64,000 bases of DNA from positions 1 to 64,000 of the forward strand of contig JAUCBJ010007985.1 in assembly GCA_032718475.1 (NCBI GenBank), given 5' to 3'. The translations under genes and the position numbers were made by a program. Position 1 is the first letter of the stretch. The number at the start of each line of letters is the position of its first letter. This stretch comes from Nemertoderma westbladi (Eukaryota; Animalia; Xenacoelomorpha). A model generated the notes under the pieces. The model was not told the DNA's origin. It saw only the letters and a program-made list of their open reading frames with translations, and made no database searches. Positions 35,968 to 47,002 of the stretch are shown here, in pieces.

Positions 35968-36754
35968 ATGTGGGACCTTTGTTGGCCGCCACATAGACCT
36001 ACTGTATTTAGTTATTTGTATTTGTATTACTGTACGTGCATTTGTAATCCTCTTCACTGTAGATAGAGACAGCGGTGGAATTCCATTGTCTTTATACGTG
36101 AACATGGAGGGTAGTACCCTTATGTATCACATAGGAGCGGGATTGTGTGTACAGTAGGAATGGAATTCCACTTGGAACCCACAAGTGAGACATTTTTCAA
36201 AATTATTAGACAAATCCATTTGTTTGGATTTAAATTTAAGAAAAACGATTCTCCAGTGAAAGCAAATTCTAGAATACAGCTAGAAAAAATTAAAATTTGG
36301 GAGGACAAGAGCGGATGGAAGGCTTGCGAGCCTACCGATAAATTTTTTTTTGGAAAAGGAAATCGGTCTTGTTCTACGTAGTCGTGTCTACTATTATTTA
36401 GACCAATTAATTCTCGACTGCATTATTTTCTTTTGGGAAGTAGCGGGGAAATTAAAAGGTGAGTATTTTAGACTCACGGCTAGTTTACCCGGAATTCGTT
36501 TTTTATCGGCACAATTTTTTGGATTAGGGGCCAGTGCGAAATCACGCGAACCCGAAGTCATTAGGCAAAATGGGTTGGGGTTTAGAGCAGAGTTGAGCCA
36601 AAAGCCGACAAACTCTAAGTCACCTCACATCTAACCTCTGTTTGTGCTTCCTCTAGTAGAAACACTATTATCAAAGATCCACGCAGGAATAGGAGCACCA
36701 GGCGCCGTTCAACCGATATGGGGCCAAAACTTTAACCTGTTTGGAGTGGAGAGT

Positions 36755-37006
36755 ATGGCTAGGAGTACAGACAAGCTTGCTAAATCCAAGGCGGATCCAA
36801 ACGTCACGCGACAGCGATTGGACGCTTATAACAAAACAGCGGAGGAGTTACGCGCGGAGTTCAAAGCGTTGTACCCCTACGATGCGTTATGCGACGCCAG
36901 CGACGTTTGCGAGAACCCCGAGCTGATATTAGCGCGTTGCCCAAACCACCAAAGTCTGCGTTACCAAGAAGGCGGTCGTTTCATCTCCCGTCGTCCCCTT
37001 TCCTAG
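36755..37006 (+). CDS. Candidate small accessory ORF of element C (83 aa), downstream of a putative intron 36459-36656
   Basis: ATG in agtATGg context; donor AG|GTGAGT, branch point CTAAC and polypyrimidine-AG upstream; Cys/His cluster. No recognised homology. Confidence 0.4.
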   Translation: MARSTDKLAKSKADPNVTRQRLDAYNKTAEELRAEFKALYPYDALCDASDVCENPELILARCPNHQSLRYQEGGRFISRRPLS

Positions 37007-37709
37007 CGTTCTGGAACCACCGACAACTCGACGCCGAAGTCCGAGCCCAGTTCGACCTCGACCACCACCCAATCGTATTAGAGGACGTGGACGAGCCCGG
37101 TCGGCCAAGGAATAGGAAAGCGAGAAGAAAGGATATTATATTCAGATATTATATTTGGATGTTATATTGGATATTTATATTGGATATTTTATATTTGGAT
37201 ATTATATTTGGGTATTTATATCGGACGTTGGGTTTGGAAGGACGAGATATGGAAAGGAAGGCTTGCGAGCCTACCGTTAGCAATTGGTGCTCAGGAGAAG
37301 ACATCCAGACCAGCAGGACGAACTTTTTAGATCGTCAGGAGGACTTATTTGAAAGTTATTAGCGCATTGTGTTTATATTATATTTGGACAGATTTAATTT
37401 GGTGAAGGTTTATTATGTATATTTACAATATATAAAGATTTATCGAAAGAGTTTGATTTATTTGTTTGATTTGTTTGATTTATTTGTTCTGATTTGTTTA
37501 ATTTGTTTATCTTGATAACCGAAAGCCTTTTTTTTGTATTTTAGGCACTAAAGTTAATTCGTAAATTTGTATTTGTATGTACGATCGATTGTATTTACGC
37601 CGTATCTGCAATATTAAGTATGCAATGATTAGATAGTGATTATATTTTATATTTTAGGCCCTACCAGTAAATTTAGAAATAGTTTGTAGATATTTTATAT
37701 TTTGATTGG

Positions 37710-37744
37710 TGAAAACAGTCTTACTTACTGTTTTCATGGAGCGG
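37710..37744 (+). promoter_or_regulatory. Element C short PPT (GGAGCGG) preceded by a 10-bp perfect hairpin
   Basis: TGAAAACAGT/ACTGTTTTCA at 37710-37736, then TGGAGCGG abutting the LTR. Confidence 0.8.
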
Positions 37745-40015
37745 TGATGAATTATTTCACTATAAGGTAGCATTTGTAGTTTAACTTTAACGTAAAAACT
37801 TTTGAAAATCCGACGTATTTTGATTAAGTTACAGTAATGTAATATGCCTATTCATATTTGTACACATAAAACCCTTAGGTACTCTCGTGGCGTAGTGGTC
37901 AGATGGTTAAGGCGTTGGTTACATTACGTAGGTTACGAGTTCGAATCCCAGTCGGGAAATTTGTATTTTGGGGCCATTTATTTTCGTGTGGTGCTAATTG
38001 ATAGGCCAATGAGAAGCGTACAGCGTAGCGAATGATGAGCCAGGCCAATCATAGGGCATAAATTATCTTATTGCTCAAATGTGAGGCAGTGGAAAATTCT
38101 GTTAGGATTCCATGTCCCAGATTAGTGTAAGGGCCGGACTGCGTTGAACGATGAGCTGGGCCAATCATAGGGCACGAAGCACTTCATTGCTCAATTGTGA
38201 AGCTGTGGAAAATTCTGTTTAGTTTCCATGTGCAATTTCTAGTATAAAAAGGCCGGTTTGCCTTCGGTTATCACCTTATATTATGTCACTTCTTACCACT
38301 TTGTAAAACTCTTACTTTTGTAAAATTAGTTTATTCGGTTTCTTGTTGAAACTTTATTTGATAAATCCTTTTGTAAAACTGTAAATATACTGCAAATTCC
38401 TGACATGTTTTCTTTTGGTCCAACTTCGGGACAGCCGAACATCAGGGAGATGGCAGCCTAGACCGTTAGGCCGTAAGCAACGCAGGGAAGGGATGTCCAC
38501 AACACGCTAGCGCCCACATTGGATCGACCGCGCACCCCCTTTGCCCCTTCGAAATACTCCACTTGCTATGCAGCGCCCGCTTCGTGAGAAGGTAAGACTT
38601 TGTTCGCGCCCTTGCCCGCCGTAAGACCTATAGATCAGGGTAAGCGTGACACCGTACTGGACGCCGCAAATTTAGGATCAAATAATTATATCCAGACACC
38701 CCCCCTTTGTCAAGTCCTACGAATCCCTGGGTTAACCTGTACTTCCTACAGGTGCGAACTATTGCCATTCGTCAGTACGCGAGTACACATTAGGTACGGA
38801 CAGCATACGTTCCATAATTTAGTGATTCATAGCACTGACTGTTTGGTACCGGTTCGCTTTGTAGAACGTACATTAGTACCCCCCCCCCCCCCCCCCCCCC
38901 TGTCTGGAGTTAGCTATTTGATCAGGCAAGGAGTATTTCTGCTACCGGCACACTGCTTGGCCTAGGGAGGTTTATTAATATCCTACCGCGCCTTGCCACG
39001 TACTGATAGGTATTGCTGCTAACTACCGCAGCAACAAAGTTCTAGAATTAAATTAGTATACCAGATCAGCTAACGTACGGTAGCGATTAACCCCTATTCT
39101 TATCTTACAACCAGAATCTGGTATTAGTGCCGATCACGGGTGTAGTTACTAACACTGTGGTTGCCCATTGGGTTGTGGATAGGAAGGAGAGAGCTTTGAC
39201 GTCATTCGTGAGTATAAAGTTCTACAAACGCGACTAGTTTATTTTAGTAGCTAGCGCACGGTATCATTTTAGTCAGAAAATCACTAAAACCTAGTAAAAG
39301 GAATTACACGAAATTGTTTTATTCGTAACACACCCACACACACACGCCCTAAAACATATTGCCCTTAAAATTCTACTAGCTATAGCGCACTATACATTAC
39401 TTTAGGTGGAAATTGTCTGTATTTGTAAAATTAGGATCTGATTTAGTTGCGGCGATAAGGAGTATTTCACTTTCGTTATTAAACTGTTGTGTTGTCCAGC
39501 AGTTATTGTTACATTTAGGCTTGACCCTTTAGACTGATTTCGTACAGGGGGATCAGTTATTGTTACGTTTAGGTACGACCCCTTTTCGACTGATTTAGGA
39601 CTGTCAGTGTTGTTACGCTAGGTCTGTTAACCCACTAGCTCGTATATAAACCATATAAATCACACCGCGGCAAGTTACTGTATTTAGGACTGTCAGTGAT
39701 AGTTAGGATTCGCTGCGCGGGGATTGTTTTCCCGTGAGTTTGGTCTGTTACGGTAACTGTACATCTGCCTCACCGGTTAGAGGACAGGTATCCTTCTGTC
39801 TAGTACGTAGGCATTAGACCCGCTCACGTACATAGAATAGATACTAGGCTCTGTTCCTCGCCAGTAGTCGTTTGTGTACTATATCTGTTTGTTTAGATAT
39901 CCTGGACTGGGATTTGTTGTCAGATACTGTACAAGCCCGTATACATTACTAGAGTCTCATAGTAAGATACATCGTTACTAGGATCTGGTAAGCGGTATAC
40001 TACTGGACCCTTACA
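37745..40015 (+). repeat. Element C 3' LTR (2271 bp)
   Basis: Near-identical to 23784-26054. Confidence 0.97.
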
Positions 40016-41720
40016 AAGGATGATCCTTAATTCCATAAAATGAGTCCGGCAAAGGTCTAGCGCGTATGTTAACATCTTGTACCATGCGACGGACTAGATC
40101 CGCTCTATTGTCCGGAGGCTCAACAAGTACACCATCGACACGAGCAGCCGCGATGGGTGGACGTTGTATCATAGGAGCGTCAGCAATGAGCTCGTGAGAT
40201 CTGAGATCAGTATTAACCGGTTGAGGCTGTACCGTAGCAAAGAGCTTGTCTTTAAAATGAGGAACCATCGAGGGGTGGAGGATCGTTTTGGAATAGAGAT
40301 CCGTCACGAGAATTTGAGTTTCTGTTTGGGCTAAAGCAGCTTCTTCCCTCTCAGTCAGCTCTATATGTCTCTCCTCGAGCTGATTTTCCTCAGCTTGTTG
40401 TTGCAAGCGCTCGTCCAGGAATTCCTGTAAGGAGTAGGTTCGTCCACGTTCGATGTCCTCCTCTAGATTCTGTATTTCTCTATCGAACTGTGGTAAAGCT
40501 AGTTCTTTCACCCCTTGGACTTGTTGTTGCAATTTACGTTTCTCCAAGCAATCGTAAGTTCCCTTTCCGATTTTCTGCCGAATAGCGTCCAATGCATTTC
40601 GTATCACGCTCTCTTCGACTTCTGTTACAGGTTGGATAGGAGGGAGGCCAGGACGGTTGTAGGGGTTAAACGGTGATATTAGATGACCGCGTCCTAGTCC
40701 AGCGAGGTTAGGTTGGCGAATATCTAACGAACCCACTACCGGAGTGCCACCAATCAACTGTTCAGGTAACACTAGATCTTTGAACAGTGAGTATAACTCG
40801 GGAGGATCCGTAATACTATTAGGATCGAGAGTTTGAGGTATCACTTGGGAATGAGGAGGTCTGACCGAGTATTCCGGAACTCTGATCATGGGTTTGTTCA
40901 ATGATCGTTTAAGGCGCGCGACCGTAGGTGATACGTCGAAAAGGTTTCGCTCGAAACTCCCATAAGTATATCGCGTAAAACTGTGTTTAGCACAACATCT
41001 CCGCGGATGTTTATGCCTTTCGATTTGCTGGTTAGGTCTAGGGCATTCGTCACAGTAATACCAAAGACGCACGTCTTGAAGGGGAAACGCGGGTGATCGC
41101 TCTCCAGTTTTACAATATTCCTCCATCTGTTCGAAGCTATCTGGAACGACAGGGAGTGGTCGATCGGCGGTAAGATACATCATCGTAAAATAGAGCCGTT
41201 TGAGTTCCATCATAGGATCTGGATGTATACCTTGAGGATATCGAGTTTCGAGGTTTTGTTGACTAGCAACATTGAGATAGGTCTCTCTTAGGAATTCTAG
41301 ATATTCGTTGAAGCCGCTACGTTTATCAGGTTCTTCAACGTCTTCTCTTTCGAGTTTATTTCGAATAGAGTTCTCGTGTTCTATTCTCGATTTGTCGTTT
41401 CGACTCCGATGGGTATGATATTTAAATAAAACCATTTCCCTTTCGGTATTGACATCGTCGGTGTCGTGTAAATCAATAGGATGACCAGTAGTCAAGAAGT
41501 CCATATACGTACCATTACGATGCGTATAGCGAGCAGTGAATTTTCCATAGTCCAATTCACGCGTAAGTTGCTCCTGGGACATTGGCGGTTCGATATAACG
41601 ACCATCGTCCTCCGTAGTAGTTGGATCAGCGTCGCCGCGTATCAAGCTATCGACAAACGCTTGTAAAGGTAGAGTATATCTCTCCCTGATACCAAGATCA
41701 TCTTCTATTAATTCAGTCAT
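40016..41720 (-). pseudogene. Element B accessory ORF, N-terminal 568 aa (interrupted by element C)
   Basis: ...GIKDHP joins YYVNLKQ in frame through the TSD. Contains a CDEC...HPRRCCAKH cluster and a Q/E-rich coiled-coil-like segment. Confidence 0.88.
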
Positions 41721-43372
41721 ATCTGCTATACGAGTTCACCAATATTATAATGAGTTTATATATTTATTAGGCGAGCGGGCGTCGCTGCCTACTTCTCCCT
41801 TGCCCCCAGACAGTGTGATTCTCAGCGCCGATATACCGCTGTCGCTGTACTTTCGCCAACGACGTAGCCGTACAACGACAACGATAACCGGCACAAGTCA
41901 CTCCACTGTCCGTCCCAAAGGCTTAGATGTACTTCAGGTTTTCCTTGGAGAGTTAGGTTACTTTCACGATTGCGACTAGCTACTGTAAACACACTTTAGC
42001 AGTAACATTCACCTATAAACTCACAAATACCACACAACTGGTCACAACTACGCACATTCGGGCCATTTGTCCGTTAGTCAATGCCTTCCAGAATGTCACT
42101 GTATTATTATGTATCCTTGGATACTAGTAGTGCGCTATGTATTCCCTATGCTATTCAACGGGACAAGCTTTCTATTGTTCTTTTAACTCAATTCTAATTC
42201 TAGCGTGGTTGTTGCTATGGCGACATTATGCAAAGCTAGCGGTAGAATTAGGGTAATTCCAATACATACAGATCTGGGATGTTATTTAATAGTAATTCTT
42301 TAATAGTCAATGTCCTGTTTGATACATGACTTTATGAATTTTATCGGCTATTGACTATGTTTGGGAGACTTTCGCACACTCATACGCATAAGAAGATAAA
42401 TCTCCGCTCCCGTGATCTATTAATTAATGGAATTTTGGGAATGTTATAAATTGCGTAAAAATGGCAATTTATTAAATTCATTAAAAGGCATGAATTTAAA
42501 TTATTCCCTGAAATTTTATTATTTACTAATTAGATGGACATATTTTGATTCTAGAATATGTCTGCGGACACAAGATCCTTAATTCTATGACAATTGTCTT
42601 TTTAAGAATATCGGTAAATGCTACGATATCTTAATTGACTAGAATTGTTGAAGGATCTGAATTTTACAGATTTTGATGTATTGGATTAGCAAATATTAAA
42701 TAATTAATATTTGAGATGGGCACCGATTTATTCCAGAACTTGTCTGGGGACGTTAACCACTGATTCTAAAATTTGTCTTTCAAGTATATCGGTGGGTGCC
42801 GCGATATCTTAATCGACTAGAATTACAGATGGTCAAAGGGTTTAACAGATTTATTTTGCGTTATACGCTACTGTTAAAGGGACATCACGCTACTATATGT
42901 ATTATTTAATATACGGTATGAGAGCAATATCGCACGAAGCAATGTCAGTGTGAAGAGGCAAGTCGTTTCCAAGGTCTACCCAGAGCTTGGTTTAGCCGAG
43001 ACACGAGGATCTGAACTTTGCATTCCTAATACTCTGCCTACCAATAATACTTAAATATAGTAGTGGCTTTATTGTACTTTAATAAGTACGGACATTTCAT
43101 CTTACTGTAGTTACGCATTTATAATATAATACGGACAGTAAGGAAAGAGAAAAACACTTGTTTCTCACCGTCACACTAAATATAATATAAGTAATTAAGT
43201 AATAAACGCGAATATATATTGCACTAATCTACTAAATAATCGCTAAAATAACATTCTACTGAATAAAATTAAAGAAAACAATTATAACAAAATTACATAG
43301 TAATACATACAGAAATATAAAAATAATAAAATAATATAAAATAATAGAGTCACACGCCCACTCCGAACAATA

Positions 43373-46300
43373 TTAAGTTGGGGAGTCCCTAAATGTGGGT
43401 TGGATTAGGGAAGTGGTCGTGGGAAGAGTTTCTTGCCTTCCATAGTTTCCGGAGAGCTCTCTGTCTCTTTCCAGTAAACATAAACGACCCACTGGGCGAT
43501 TAAGCTGTTGAGTCTCAAAGACTATCCCTGGTTTCTTAAAGTTACGCCGCATGACGACGAGCTCTACTGATCGCACCAAACCATCGCTCGAGATATGAGT
43601 CTCGATGATACGTCCTGTTTGCCATCGCTTACGTGGGAGATCGGGGTCCACAATAAGCACCATGTCTCCAGCGCTGACGTTTTCTTGCTGCGCAAACGAC
43701 TTAGTTCGAAGTTGTAGAGTGGGCAGGTAATGTTTCTCGAAATGGTCAGCGAAACGACGGGATAGCAACTGCATAAGTTGCCAGGTTCGACGGCAGTACT
43801 CGTCTCCGTCTGTGATCTCCGATCGTGGGAGCATGGCTACGGGTTTCTTCAGTAGAAAGTGCGCGGGTGTTAGCGCTTCCAGGGAATCAGGACTTGAAGA
43901 GACTGGCATAAGCGGTCTTTCGTTGAGATAAGCGGCGATTTCCTCCATTAACGTCCGCAATAGTTCGTCGGTGAGATAAGCGCGACAAGGCACAATAAAG
44001 TGGAACGCAGTCTTCACGCTCCTAATCAATCTCTCCCAACTTCCTCCCCACCAAGGGGCGTCGGCGGCGTTGAAGGTCCAGCTAGACGCTGTTATCCTTA
44101 GCTGATCGTCCACCTGTCTTTTGTTCCAGTCCTTTACGTAAGCTTGAATTTCGTTGTTGGCGCCAATGAAGTTCGTTCCCTTATCCGATCTCATCGTGTT
44201 ACTGGTTCCGAAGCGAGCGATCTGTCGTCGTAAACTCAACACGAAGCTGTTGGTGGATAGATCGTTTACCATATCGAGATGGATAGCTCTACAAGTCATA
44301 CAAACGAAGATGACACACCATCTCTTGACTATAGTCCGGGCACGATATACTTCAATAGGGCCAAATAAATCCACACCGGTATTAGTAAAGGGTGGTTCAT
44401 AGAAGCTTACTCTTTCCCTAGGTAATTCTGCCTCTCGCTGTGTCAAAGGCCTACTGAATGCTTTCCTACAGGGTATACAGTTCCTAAGAACTTGGTTCAG
44501 AGCCCTACGGGGTTTATAAAAATAGTAGCGAGTTCGAATTTCGCTCAGAACTCGTTCTCTTCCAGCATGATACAGTTTGCTATGAACATCTACAATCATC
44601 TTGATTTGTATGTCAAGATTTCTAATAAGTATGGGAAACTTAGTGTCAAAGGATAAGGGGGCGTTGGTGAGCCTGCCTCCAACACGTATTAACCCATCTA
44701 TCATGGTACTAGAGAAGCGATCCCTTAAGCGCATCTGCGGATTTCTTAACAACAGGAAATACTTATCGGGATCCTCATAGCATTGTAGGAGTCTCAGCAT
44801 CTGTTTGTTGGTTTCATCATGCTCCTGGTAACTGATCTTCTCCTTTAGAAACCTGTCGGATATCTTATATTTAGGAAGATCTTTAACAACATGGACTCTT
44901 GCAGATGTTGATGGAGCATCATCACTATTGGTCTTTGTCCCGGAGTAACGATGATGAAAACATCGTTTTAAATAGGTGACGGCTTTACAGAGCCGATTCC
45001 AGGAACTGTAATGACGTATCACTCTCTGCAGGAGGGGTGAGAGTCCTTGCGCGATATCTGGTATTCCAGATTTCCAATCCTTGTCACGGATTTCCAAGAC
45101 TTCTTTAGTCGTGGCGGTGGGTTTCTGATCCAAAGCATCCTCTCCGGAAGTAAATAATACAGATAGATCAACCGCAGGTTTAAACAACTTCGATTTACTC
45201 GCTCGAGTTTTGGGTTTAACTTTCTCCGCTCCCTTGGCCTGTCTGATCTCTGCTGTTGTGAGATGGGGAGGCCATTCTTCTTCTTCTTTGTAGAGAAAGT
45301 CGGGTCCACCTAACCATTCGGGAGTATTTACCAATTCCTTGGGAGTCGCTCCTCGGGAGGCGATGTCTGCTGGATTAATCGTTCCGGGGCAATGTCTCCA
45401 TTGGTCCATCGTCGTGCGACTAAGTATGATGGCTACTCTGTTGGTAACGAAGACGCTGAACTGACAGACTTCATTGGTTATATACTCTAACACGAGTAAA
45501 GCGTCGGTCCAATAGACAGTTTTCTCTAATGGATAGTCAATCTGTTCTGTTACATTCCGGCCGATGGCGGTAGCGTATAGAGCCGCTTTTAACTCCGCTC
45601 GAGGAACTTTCAACTTGTTGTTGATTAATGCCTTAGAAGTAACCAAGGCGACTTTGATTCCATCCGGAGTTTCCACTCTTAGATAGGCTACTATATCTAT
45701 TCCCATATCGCTGGCGTCTCCAAACACATGGAGTTGATAGGAATACGTAGGGAGAACATGACCAAAATATGAACGGGAAATTATAAAATCCTCGATAGCC
45801 GGCAGAGAATCTTCCCATTTCATCCACTTCTTCAATAATTCTCCCTTAAGTGGATCGTCCCATGAGTGGTTTTCAAGCCACATTTGTTGTACCAAACTAC
45901 GAGCAATCAATATAACTGGGCTAATAAATCCCAATGGATCGAAATAAGTGCTCAGTATACTTAAGCAAATCCGTTTGGTTCGAACTGGATTATCTCGCTG
46001 TTTTAGCTGGAAAAACAGGATATCTCGCTCTGTGTCCCATTTCAAGCCGAGTGTCTTGGTTTCTGGCAGATCATCTTTGATCAAATCTAGATCTTTCGCC
46101 CTTCGATCTTCCGCAGGGATCGACTCCAGAAACTCACGGGAGTTGCTGGTGAATTTCGTTAATCGAAACCCACCTCTTTTTAAGCACTCCACCGTTCCTT
46201 TAGCGACCTCAATGGCTTCCTCAACTGATGGGAGGGACTTCAGATTGTCGTCCATGTATATGTCTCGCTTGATATTGTCGATCACTTCCTTAGAGAATGC

Positions 46301-47002
46301 CTCTCGGTTGTCCTCTGCAGTGGTACGCACTACCGAACAGGCGTTGGAAGGGCTTGAGATTATCCCAAAGGCCTGGATGGTCATCCAGTACTCCACCGGT
46401 TTCAGGTTGAGGTCTCCTTCGGGCCACCACAGAAATCGTAGACTATCTCGATCCCTATCTAACACCTTGACTTGTAAGAACATGCCTTCTATATCGGAGG
46501 CGAAAGCAATCGAATATTGTCTCAATCTTAAAAGAATTCCCAACAAAGATTGAAGTAAGTTGGGTCCGGGTAACAATTCAGAGTTAAGGGATTGACCCAT
46601 GTAAAGAGCGGAGCCATCAAACACTACTCTCACTTCATGTGGTTTACCGGGTTTAGGAACGTAATGGTGAGTTAAGTAATACGTTCTTTCAGTCACAGGT
46701 GTTTCTTCCGGTACTCTCTCCGCGTATCCCTTACTAATAAATTTCTCCAGCTGTGTTTTATACATTTCTTTAGCTGAAGAATTAGCCGTAAGGCGTCGAT
46801 GGAGTTGCGCGATTCTTTTTTCCGCCAAGGGCCTGTTATTGATGAACTTCGGTTCTCTCTTGCGGAAAGGTAGACCGACTTCATACCTACCTTGATCTTT
46901 GAGGAAACGTGTAGTTGTCTCTTGGATCTGCTTGGCCCTTTCCTCTTCCACTGACAAGGCTTTATCGTAGGAATTGGGCTCTACCGCCTCTTGCGTAAAG
47001 AA
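43373..47002 (-). CDS. Element B pol (RT, RNase H, integrase)
   Basis: YYLTHH, IYMDDN, HVFGDAS, CPGTINPADIASRG, GVDLFGP, SDKGTNFIG, GGSWERLI. In frame with the upstream ORF across a single TGA. Confidence 0.95.
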   Translation of the reverse strand, partial: FFTQEAVEPNSYDKALSVEEERAKQIQETTTRFLKDQGRYEVGLPFRKREPKFINNRPLAEKRIAQLHRRLTANSSAKEMYKTQLEKFISKGYAERVPEETPVTERTYYLTHHYVPKPGKPHEVRVVFDGSALYMGQSLNSELLPGPNLLQSLLGILLRLRQYSIAFASDIEGMFLQVKVLDRDRDSLRFLWWPEGDLNLKPVEYWMTIQAFGIISSPSNACSVVRTTAEDNREAFSKEVIDNIKRDIYMDDNLKSLPSVEEAIEVAKGTVECLKRGGFRLTKFTSNSREFLESIPAEDRRAKDLDLIKDDLPETKTLGLKWDTERDILFFQLKQRDNPVRTKRICLSILSTYFDPLGFISPVILIARSLVQQMWLENHSWDDPLKGELLKKWMKWEDSLPAIEDFIISRSYFGHVLPTYSYQLHVFGDASDMGIDIVAYLRVETPDGIKVALVTSKALINNKLKVPRAELKAALYATAIGRNVTEQIDYPLEKTVYWTDALLVLEYITNEVCQFSVFVTNRVAIILSRTTMDQWRHCPGTINPADIASRGATPKELVNTPEWLGGPDFLYKEEEEWPPHLTTAEIRQAKGAEKVKPKTRASKSKLFKPAVDLSVLFTSGEDALDQKPTATTKEVLEIRDKDWKSGIPDIAQGLSPLLQRVIRHYSSWNRLCKAVTYLKRCFHHRYSGTKTNSDDAPSTSARVHVVKDLPKYKISDRFLKEKISYQEHDETNKQMLRLLQCYEDPDKYFLLLRNPQMRLRDRFSSTMIDGLIRVGGRLTNAPLSFDTKFPILIRNLDIQIKMIVDVHSKLYHAGRERVLSEIRTRYYFYKPRRALNQVLRNCIPCRKAFSRPLTQREAELPRERVSFYEPPFTNTGVDLFGPIEVYRARTIVKRWCVIFVCMTCRAIHLDMVNDLSTNSFVLSLRRQIARFGTSNTMRSDKGTNFIGANNEIQAYVKDWNKRQVDDQLRITASSWTFNAADAPWWGGSWERLIRSVKTAFHFIVPCRAYLTDELLRTLMEEIAAYLNERPLMPVSSSPDSLEALTPAHFLLKKPVAMLPRSEITDGDEYCRRTWQLMQLLSRRFADHFEKHYLPTLQLRTKSFAQQENVSAGDMVLIVDPDLPRKRWQTGRIIETHISSDGLVRSVELVVMRRNFKKPGIVFETQQLNRPVGRLCLLERDRELSGNYGRQETLPTTTSLIQPTFRDSPT

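Larger units (their letters stand above)
23784..40015 (+). mobile_element. BEL/Pao LTR retrotransposon C nested in B's accessory ORF
   Basis: 2271-bp TG...CA LTRs. TSD AAGGA at 23779-23783 and 40016-40020. Gag-pol with BEL motifs. Confidence 0.97.
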
